Source: Lama glama
Lineage: Eukaryota
Reading direction: 5' to 3'
Assembly (NCBI GenBank): GCA_028534125.1
Contig: CM052816.1
Coordinates: 96,660,001 to 96,724,000 of the forward strand
DNA: 64,000 nt
Part shown: positions 13,715 to 22,740 of the stretch, in pieces
Numbering within the stretch: the stretch's first letter is position 1
Layout: each line of letters starts with the position of its first letter
Program-made: the position numbers and the translations under genes
The notes under the pieces: model-generated
Database searches by the model: none
What the model saw: only the letters and a program-made list of their open reading frames with translations
What the model was told of the DNA's origin: nothing

Positions 13715-14312
13715 TGATGCAAGAAAAATGAATGTGGGGTGTGAGGAGGGTCGTGTCCCAGGTGTCAGTGGAGCCCCTGGGACGTGCCCTGGAGCGAGCC
13801 ACAGTTGAGTAAAGGTAGATTTAGAGTGTAGGCTGTTTCAAAAGGCATGAGAAAGGCCACAAGGTGTGGGGGTTGGGTGATCAGGTCAAAGGAAAAGTAG
13901 GTACACACTCCATAGACAGAGTGCGGGCCATCTCCAAAGAGGAGGGAGTGAGAGATGTGACCACCAGGTGCGATGTTGCTAGTTTTTATGGGGCTCCGTA
14001 GCTTCATATGCTAACAAGTGGGAGGACCATTCCAACTACCCCTGTAAAGGGGCTGGGATTCCCAGGAATTGGGTCACCCCCACTTTGACTTTCTGTGGCT
14101 AAACTTGAAACTGTCATGGAGCCTGTGGGCATGTTACTTATCACGCTACTATATTACAATGAGCGTACAATGAAGCTCAAAGTCTGCTGGAAGCCAACTC
14201 CTGTCATCCTGAGCCTCAAGGCCTACTGGGAGTGGAATCTTCTGCCATTTCGGAGTTAACTGATCTGTCGTTCCTTGGATGGCTACGCCCTGCCCCCTCC
14301 CCTCCTGTCTCA
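13715..14312 (-). mobile_element. ERV1 solo LTR, MER41-like (copy 1)
   Basis: The reverse complement aligns along its length with the LTR at 15679-16336 and contains MER41-like blocks (CCATGACAGTTT, TTCCTGGGAATCCC, CTGTCTATGGAGT). TG...CA termini. TSD not evident. Confidence 0.8.
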
Positions 14313-14646
14313 CTGTCATTGTCTTGAACTTGAATTCCTGCATTCCAGTTGATTGTATGTTAATAACCAGGGACTCCCATTCTCCCCCTTCCAACTTTTT
14401 TACCACCATTCTCGTCAGGCTTCTGTACCCACCACTTACTACAACTGCTTATCAGTTAAGACCTGAATGTTGGAAAATCTTATATACCTCTCAGTTTGAC
14501 TCTGACTTCACCTATCTTAGTGATGGACCCAGATGCCTCCCACATTCTCCCTGAAACACTTAATGGTTCCACAGTGCATCACACTCCTGAGTTTCCTAAC
14601 TGGCCATTCTCAGACTCTTTGCCACGTCCTTCTCTCCCCAACCTCT

Positions 14647-15065
14647 TGTCAACTGAAATAAGTGCACAACCAAAAAGTTGAGAGTTGTTTTATTCGGCGG
14701 ACATTTCTGAGGACTCGAACCCCTTCCAGCCCTGGATGACAGCCTCTCAGATCGCTCTGAGGGACGGGAACAGTAAAAGATCACTGTTAACTAAAGAAAA
14801 CCAATCATCTCAAGCCAAAGAAGTTAGTGCTTTTCTGTGCATGAGAGGGAGCACTGAATTCATTCCTTTGACAAGCACCTAGCTATTGAGGGCCAAGGTC
14901 CTGTCCTTTCTTATTCAGAATCCCCTCAGAGGGCACCACTGTGAGTGGCTGCAGAGGCCGGGCTGCAGGCTTGTCTTCACCGTGGGGGTGGCGGCAGAGG
15001 CTGTTGACGTGATGGCTTCAGCGTTTTTTGTTTACTGAGATGGTTTGCAGTCTTTTTCGTTCACA
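14647..15065 (-). mobile_element. ERV1 solo LTR (cetartiodactyl-type, family uncertain)
   Basis: The minus strand begins TGTGAACGAAAAAG...TCAGTAAACAAAAAACG..GCCATCA and ends AATAAAACAACTCTCAACTTTTTGGTTGTGCAC...CAGTTGACA. TG...CA termini with a polyA signal near the 3' end. Confidence 0.7.
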
Positions 15066-15678
15066 GAACAGAAGTCCTTATGGAGGGAAACAGGTGACTC
15101 CCAGGGTTAAGCAGGGGCTGCTGAAGGGATAAGTCTGCTCTCAGCTGGCGGGCCTGCGAGCATCTGGGCGGTTCTCGAAGGGTCCTGGGCACAGGGAGGG
15201 AGGAGACGGCAGATGAGGATAAATACCAAATCAGGAGGGTTTCTTTTTGTTGTTAAGTGTTTACCCAAACTCCCACCCCTCCAAAAACACACCCTCCAGG
15301 GAATGTTGAAAAATAAAGTCAGCTTCAGAAATCAATGGTCTTTCAGAGTTTTTGGTCCCAGTGACCATCTCTTCTCTTCCTTTAACTTCTGGTTTTATTG
15401 ACCTAATGTCCTGAACATACAGTTTCTATTTGCTTTAAGTCGGCAACATTTTCGAGGCTTCTAGTTTTTCCGCCCCAGGTATTCGTCACTTGAATCCTTG
15501 GCTATTTATTATCTCCAGAAAAGAAAAAAAAAGTACTAGTATTTCAGAACTTTTTAGAACAAATCTCTTTCCAAATCCTCCTAATTCACACTTCTTGCTC
15601 TAACTCCCCAGATCACCGCTGCTGTTTTTCCCATGTTTTCTTTGGAAAACTGAACATTTCCTAATCAGTCTCTCCACT

Positions 15679-16336
15679 TGATACAGGAAGGAAGGGGGCA
15701 GGGCACAGCCTATTCAAGAAATAACAGAGCAATTAACACCAAGGTGGCCAAAAATTCAACTCCCAACAGGCCTAGAGGCCCAAGATGGCCGGAGACTTGA
15801 CTCCCGGGAGAACTTGAGCTTCATTATATGCTCATTGTAATATATTTGCATGGTAAATGCACTCCCAGAGGTACCATGACAGTTTGGAGGCTGAGCATAA
15901 AAGGTCAGTAAGTGGGCGGTGACTCAGTTCCTGGGAATCCCCGCCCCTTCTCCAAAGCAGTCGGAATAAGCCTCCCACTTGATAGCATAGGAAGCCACTG
16001 AACCCATGAAAACTAACCACCCCACACGCCATGGCCGTTCTCCTTTCTGAGTGAGATGGACCAGACTGTCTATGGAGTGTATCTGCTTTTACTTTGAATC
16101 AAGCACCTCCCACACCTGTCTCTTGCCTTCTGAAACAGCCTGCACTCTTGTCTACGGGGTGTGTATCTCTCTAAATAAATCTACCTTTACTCAACTACGG
16201 CTCTCCCTTGAATTCTTTCCTGCATGAAGCCAAGGACCCACACTTGGTGGGGGATGCCCACCCCCCCACCCCGGGACTCAGCCAAGACCTGGGACACAGT
16301 CATCTTCTCGCCCCACACTTTTCTTCTCTTGTATCA
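15679..16336 (+). mobile_element. ERV1 solo LTR, MER41-like (copy 2)
   Basis: Terminal inverted repeat TGATACA...TGTATCA and perfect 4-bp TSD CACT (15675-15678, 16337-16340). AATAAA near 16175. MER41-like blocks ACTCCCA..CCATGACAGTTT, CAGTTCCTGGGAATCCCCGCCCC, GAATAAGCCTCCCACTTGATAGCAT and CTGTCTATGGAGT. Confidence 0.85.
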
Positions 16337-16340
16337 CACT

Positions 16341-17220
16341 CATCCTCCCCACCTATCTTTCAGCCTGCCATCACGGTGATTGTTCTAAATGCAACTCTGG
16401 TCATGTTCTTCTGGTACTTAAAAGTCTTTCAAATGCTTCCTCCTTACTGCCCCAGGGCACAACCCAAACTCTTTAACAGGAGTCTAAGGACTTCTGGGAC
16501 TGGCATCTTGCTAACCTGTCAGCTCAACTGTCTCATTCCCTTGTCCTGTTTCTCAGGGCACACTTTAGGACTTCCTCATCTTAAAAGTACCATGCTCTTT
16601 TCACACTTCTAAGCCTTTCGCAGCCTGGACTGTCTCCAGCCCCAGCCATTTCACTAGGCTTTAGATGTGAGCTGGGACTCATCTCTAGCTGTGGCATTTA
16701 CACACACACACTCTCACAGAAAAGAAGTGTTACAGCCCAGTGGTTAAGCTGCACTGACTGAAACCAGACTGCACAAATACAAATACTGGCTTTGCCACTA
16801 AAGGACTGGGAGACCTTTGGCACATTACTCTCTATGCCCCGGTTTCTTCATCCGTAAATTGGAATAATCCTGATAACTAATGCTGTGAAGATTAAATGAG
16901 TTAAATTATGCTTAGTACATAATGTGTTATGTAGATGTTGCTATTATTATTAATAGATACATTGAGGACCTACTGCGTTCCTGGTCCTTTATCTAAGTAG
17001 CTTACACGTCTTAACTCATTTAACTCACAAGACAGGGTGAAGCTCCCCTCCTGCGTGTTCCGGTTTCCCCTTACAGAACTCCTACTGTCCTAAGTGTTTT
17101 TGTGACTTTCCCAGGAGGTAGAAAGTCGCGGAGTGTAGGGCACATACCATGTTCCTCCTTGTGTCACCCAAAATCCTAACAGCGCCTGGCATTTAGTAGG
17201 CAATGAATAAATAACTTTGA
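16341..17220 (+). mobile_element. L2 fragments with nested MIR(s) at about 16735-17030
   Basis: L2 motifs (TTCTAAATGCAACTCTGGTCATG..., GCCTGGCATTTAGTAGGCAATGAATAAAT) and a MIR core (GTGGTTAAG...CCAGACTG...GGTTTCTTCATCCGTAAATTGGAATAAT). Confidence 0.65.
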
Positions 17221-17431
17221 TTTGAACCTAGCATCTCAAAGCAAAAAACTTAAAAAGTTTTTTTTTTTTTTTGGACTATTCCCCTTGTCCTTAAGCCCTT
17301 TGTGGTTCTATTCCTTCTCCACTGAAACTGGCCTCCCCAAGGTCACCAGTGCCTTCTAGTTGCTAATTCCAATTTCTCAGCAGCATTCAACATGGTTGAA
17401 TTCTCTCTGAGACGCTTTTCTTGGCTCCCGT

Positions 17432-17830
17432 GTTGTAGGAGTATTGGTAGGATAAATTTGGAAATACCATGGCTGCTAATTTAGTGGCTCACATGTTATC
17501 TTGCAGTATAAATGCCTCTGTTAGTTACTGCAGCCTGAATCGTGGGAAACAGTATAATGTGAAAACCTGCAAATAGCTCAATTTAGAGCATGAATCTGCT
17601 ATATTGGTCCTCTGTGCCCTTGGGCAGTAAGTTTTGCAGAGGCTGACTGGCCAGGAGTGTGGGGGCCCACCAGATCACCCCGGCACAGCTACTTACAAGC
17701 CTGGATTAACTACCCTTCTTCCTCTTTCCATCAGGGAATTTTCCCACTAACTCCTTTGGCAATAAACTCGTAAATTCATAAACAATCTTAAGTTCGACTC
17801 CAGTGATCCCTGTGGGCTAGTATCTTACTA
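17432..17830 (+). mobile_element. Possible old solo LTR (family unassigned)
   Basis: About 400-bp block starting TGTTGTAGG with AATAAA at 17761 close to its 3' end. LTR-like layout only. Confidence 0.3.
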
Positions 17831-18684
17831 ATGCTACTCGTTATATGATTAGCAAAAAAGAGCAGGAGGCAAATTTACATAAGTCATCCTCAACCCAAAA
17901 TATGTATCAAAATAACCCTGGGGTTGGGGTTCCCTCAGTAAAGTCACTGATTCGGTCTCACTAGGAAGGTAGGACTTAGACTTGTAGTCTGCAAAGGCTC
18001 CCAACGGAAATTCCGATGGGCTGCCCTGGTTAAGAACCAGGCATGAGATGAAGGTGTTTTGTTTATATGAACACCTACCCAAATTGCACACTGAGCAAGG
18101 TGAGGGTGTTCCAAAGACTGAGGAAATAATTCCTTTCTAACAGAAGGACACAAACACAAGGTCACAATGGCCATTCCTCTAAGAAAGGTTTAAATACTGT
18201 CATAGTTAACAGCATGTCTGTGAAATGATAAGACTTTCATTGTTATAAGCCACATAGCATTGAAAAATAGATTCATTATTCAACAACAGACTTGCAAGAT
18301 ATCAAGTCCTTCAAATCTGTAAGACTATAACAATATGCACACAAAAATACAAATAAAAATTCTGTTGTAATAAAAATATACTAGATTTATCTATCTTTTC
18401 TCTGAGATGCTTTCGGGCCTTCAAAGATCATATAATACTTCCATATGTTAAACAGGAAAATGTCCCTTCATTTACAAAAGAAGACAGGCACGACATACTG
18501 TAGCAAAAAAATTCAAGAAAAAGATAAATCTGCACCTACTCTATTGGATATATGCTATGTTAGCCTTCTTACTAGACTTAATAACATTAACCCTAAATAT
18601 GCTTTAAAAAGAGACAGAATATTCACCATTAAACTAGGAGTAATAGAGAAATTCATGCCTAATTCAGAAACTCGGATTTCAAAG

Positions 18685-18880
18685 TCAGAATCTAGAGTCA
18701 GACTACTTGGGTTTGAATCCTGGAATGTGCCGTTTATGAGATCTGTAACTTTGAACAAGCTACTAAACTGAACTGGTCTTAGATTCCTCATTTTTAAAGT
18801 GGGGATAATAATAATACCCATCTGATAAATGCAATTAGACAGTGACTGAAACATGGCGGTGCTCACAAAATAGGCTTTAT
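18685..18880 (+). mobile_element. MIR SINE
   Basis: TCTAGAGTCAGACTACTTGGGTTTGAATCCTGG...TTCCTCATTTTTAAAGTGGGGATAATAATAATACC. Confidence 0.8.
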
Positions 18881-19757
18881 TGTTGTTCTTTCGACAAAGG
18901 GAAAAAAATCAATTAAATTGCAGATTTCTTGACGGATATTTCATTCCAATGCTGAGCAAACTAACTGTAGTACACAAGCAAACTTGCTTACACTCTCAAA
19001 GAGCGTATTATCATCGAAAAACATTTCCCATACACTCAAACATTTACGCTTTTCCACAGGAGATTATCAAGGGTCAAATAAACTTCATTCACAGAGCTTT
19101 CATACTCATCACACAGTATCTAAATCTAGGGAAACTGTCAGGAAAATTTTGTAAAGAAAGATTTAAACTAAAACTCAAACTGTAATGTAGGGTTTTGGAC
19201 TGCGACGAAGAGTTTAAATTGATGCTCCACCGGACAATTACACTTGACTAAAAAAGCAAATTAAACCTTAAAGTAATTGGTAAAATAACCATGTTAGACA
19301 ACACATTATAAAGCAAATTCACTAGATACATATAATTCAATTCAACTCCTAGGCATCCGAACACCCGGCAAACAGCAGGTACAAACTTGTTAAATGAATG
19401 ACACTAAATGTCAATATATGTTTGTTAAATGCATTAATGGCAGTGTAACTCCCCAAAAATAATACAGAAAAGGCAATACATAGTTAGGGATCACGGTGTA
19501 CTGTGGAAATGAAGTGAGTACATTCTTTCTCACTACAGGTGAGCTTATCACTTTCTGGGAGCCAAGCACAGCTCGAGGTGCTTCAGGCCATGGTCCCCAC
19601 GGTCCCACAACCACCTTACAAAGCAGGTACTCCATCCCACGTTTCCCAGAGGTTCCGCCGCACCCGCAGGACGCGGCCGGGAGGAGAAACGGCGGAGCAG
19701 GACCCGCGTCTGGCCTGGTCCGCGCTCCCAACGTCCCTGACTCCCCGACGCCCGCAC

Positions 19758-20040
19758 CTGACCCCGCGCCCAAGGTGCCCTCTACCCCCGCCTAGAAAAC
19801 GGTTCGGAACCAGGACGCCGAGGGGGGAGTGGCCCACAGCGACCTGCGGGACCGGCTCTGCTCGTGCAAACGCCGCGGCGCAGCCGGGGACCCGCTCCGG
19901 GAGGCGGCGGGGACGCCCCAGGGCCGAGTCCCCGCCCTCCGCCCCGCGCGGCCAGCCTGGCCAGGAGCAGGACGCGGGAACTGGGGGCGCGGAGGCCGCT
20001 GACCTCGGGCGGGCTCCCGGATAGACGAGAGAAGGTAGCC
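19758..20040 (-). other. Candidate first exon of a minus-strand (divergent) transcript; 5' end approximate
   Basis: Minus-strand donor CAG|GTGCGG (intron starts at 19757), followed by G-triplets, at the left edge of the CpG island. Confidence 0.4.
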
Positions 20041-20224
20041 GGCCGTCACGTGCCGGCGCCAGGCCCGAACGCTCTGAGAAGACTCCGCTCACTGCGCCCG
20101 CGCGCACGGCCGGAGCGCGCATGCTCGGCGCCGCGACCAATAGGAAGCCCAGTCCGTAGCTGAGCTGGGGCCAATCACAGCGCGCCTGGTGTGTGGGCGG
20201 TGCCCGGGCGGCCGCCCCGCCGGC

Positions 20225-20322
20225 GGCGTTCGCGGGAGCGTTTCTGTCAGACTTCGGGACGTGCGCACAGGCGGCTGCTTCTCCTCAGCCGCGGGCGTCC
20301 GCCGGGCCGGGCGCGAGCGCAG
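20225..20322 (+). other. Candidate non-coding first exon of a plus-strand gene; 5' end approximate
   Basis: Lies just downstream of the CCAAT/GC boxes, contains no ATG, and ends at donor CAG|GTGACT (intron starts at 20323) followed by GGGG tracts. Confidence 0.45.
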
Positions 20323-20629
20323 GTGACTGGGGCGCCCAGCCCGTGGGGTGTGAAGTCCCTTCCTTTCGGGGAGGCACGCGGCCGCTCGGGCTCGCCTTGC
20401 CTTGGTTCTCCTGACTCGCCCCTGAGTCCCCGGGGGTGCTGAGGTCGGGACCGGCCTCCGCCTCTTCCCACTCTCTGCCCTTGCTTGGCTTTCTGTCTCT
20501 TTCCTCCTGTTTGCTGAGGGCCTGGCCCCAGTTTCTGAGGAGACTTACCCCAGAAGGCCACTCCTGCCTGTCTTGCCCTTTCTGGAGTTTGACCATTTTA
20601 ACCATCCATTTGTTCCACAAACACGAAGC

Positions 20630-20830
20630 GCACCGGCGCTGCAGGCGCGCGGCCCGAGTTTGAACCCATCCGCTACCACCTTGTTTGACCGGGGCAGCCC
20701 TCCTCCTGCCTCATTTCTCGTCCAGAAAACCAAGGTGGTGGTTCCTGGTGGTGAGCAGGGATCGTTAATACGTGGAGCCATCAGACCTGCGCCTGGTACT
20801 TGTAAATGTTCACAAGTTACTGTTATTATT
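20630..20830 (+). mobile_element. MIR SINE at the CpG-island edge
   Basis: CCGAGTTTGAACCC..CTACCAC..GACCGGGGCAG..GCCTCATTTCTCGTCCAGAAAA..GCCTGGTACTTGTAAATGTTCA..TTACTGTTATTATT. Confidence 0.6.
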
Positions 20831-22329
20831 TAGGTACCAGGCACTTTTCTAGGGTTTAGGTCATAGGGATCAAAGTCCCTGATGCCCTGTCCTGGTGCCT
20901 CTAAGGTATTTCAGACACTTTGACACTTGGGAAAGATACAGGCCTCTATTTTCATAAACACTGATAATTTTTGTTGAGTGAGGCATGTTTGCAAATGAGT
21001 AGCTTTTTCAGTATTTAACATACTTATATTGTTCTTAAAGTATACGTACTGTTCAAGGGAAAGAGAATGACATGATTTTGATAACACTGTAGAGGAATCT
21101 TTTTCATCCATCTGGTCTTGCCATGTGGACCTCTGGCTGCTCTGAAACTTGACCTGTGAATGGTGTTTGCAAGGCGCACTTTGTCCGTGGTGCTTTTCTC
21201 TGCGCCCAACATCCTTCAGCCTCAAATTTTTCACAGCTGCTCTAAAAGGTCCCAGGGCCAAAAATGGAAATGAGCTTGTCTACTTGGTGTGCTACTGTTT
21301 TCACAGTTGGGACAGAGTGAATATAAGAATGAAAGCGTGGATGAATACATGTTTTACAGTAGGCGAAAAAATAAACAGAAAATTTTCTTAGAGAAGCTGC
21401 TTAATCTCTGCAGCAGGAGTTTTGCAACAGCTAACATCTTTAGTACTTCATAATTTTATTTTTAATCCTGAAAACTGTTAAATACTGGTTTGGTGACTGC
21501 TTTGTAAGCTCTGACTATGTTGCATGTGGATCCCTAAAGAAATTTGTTAGTAAGCCTGATTACAGAATGTTGAAAATGCCTTAAAAGGATTCATGGATAT
21601 TCACAATCTCTATATGGGAGAAAGTATGATTTAACCCCCACATTCCAGCTAGTGCAGCACTGGGGATACAAAGTGAAAATTGGAAGAATTTACCACAAAG
21701 AATATTGTGCCATTTTATAGAATATTCTATGGTGAAAAAGGGGATCAACAATCAGCCTTTAAAAGTAAGAGAGGTAACATCTCTCAGTTAATGGTTTCTA
21801 GCCTGAGTCCTAGATTAATAAGCCAAGTGTCCAGGGTCCTAGTGATTCCTGATCAGACACTACCTCTGATTACATGTCCCTTGTCTTTTCTAACGTAGAC
21901 CCAAATAAAGCCTCAGAGGCTTTCACGTCTACATAAATAAGTCAGATGTCTGAATCTCAGTAAAGGGAGTGTATACTGAGGGAAAAACAAAAACAGACTA
22001 TAATAATTTGGAGATTTAATAAATGTAAATGTTTAGAAATACACAAATTAATATTTATAATCATTTAAATACATAGAAAATTATTTTAACTAGAAGGTAA
22101 AATAATTTTATCTTAATATGATTTGGGGGGAAAATAATACAAAGAAGTGAAAAGGAACTTAATTCAGATAAACTTCTTGTAGGGTTGGACTCGAGAAATT
22201 TTTTATTTTTAGGTCAAAAAAGGAGTTGGATTGCATTTAGTCAAATATAGATGCTCTATTTTCTAATTATGGTTAGGTTTAGGGACAGGAGAGAGAGGCA
22301 TGGAGGCAAGAATAAGGGCTTGTGGGTAG

Positions 22330-22740
22330 AAAAGGCCCTGGAGTTAGGAAAATTTAGTTCTAGTCCTTCTGTCATCAAATAGTTCTATTGAGAAAGAACA
22401 AGAAAAAGAAGAGAAACTGCTATTAATTATGCACTTAATCTCTATCTATATCAGACCATGTATCAGGAAATTATATCACATACCAACCATGTGACTTGTG
22501 AAGACTTAATTTACCTCTCAATCCTCAGTTTCCTTGGAGATGACAGTATTAGGATCGTGTGAGAATTAAGTGATTGAATGCATGTAAAACACTTAGAACA
22601 GTGCTTGGCACAAAGAAAGTAAGCACACTGTAAATATCACTTACATATTTGTTTATATGTCTGATTTCCTATCATATCATCTTGTACTTCACCTTACCTT
22701 TTGGGTCTGTTTCTTCATCAGTAAAACCTACAGCAAAAGA
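22330..22740 (+). mobile_element. MIR fragments
   Basis: TGTGACTTG..TTAATTTACCTCTCAATCCTCAGTTTCC..GTGAGAATTAAGTGA..ATGTAAAACACTTAGAACAGTGCTTGGCACA. Confidence 0.65.

Larger units (their letters stand above)
19650..20700. promoter_or_regulatory. CpG island, probable bidirectional promoter
   Basis: About 1 kb, very GC- and CpG-rich within AT-rich surroundings. E-box GTCACGTG 20045-20052, NRF1-like GCGCATGCTC 20117-20126, CCAAT boxes 20137-20141 and 20171-20175, GC boxes 20195-20217, and divergent splice donors (minus strand at 19757, plus strand at 20323). Confidence 0.9.

Noticed and set aside
20659..20664. CHR-like TTTGAA suggesting a G2/M cell-cycle promoter together with the tandem CCAAT boxes
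   Set aside because: It lies about 480 bp downstream of the CCAAT boxes inside a MIR, where this sequence is part of the SINE consensus region.
19411..20833. Many overlapping ORFs of 70-174 aa on both strands
   Set aside because: Pro/Arg/Gly/Ala-rich products expected from stop-codon scarcity in a CpG island. Many start at non-ATG codons, and none has a recognisable domain.
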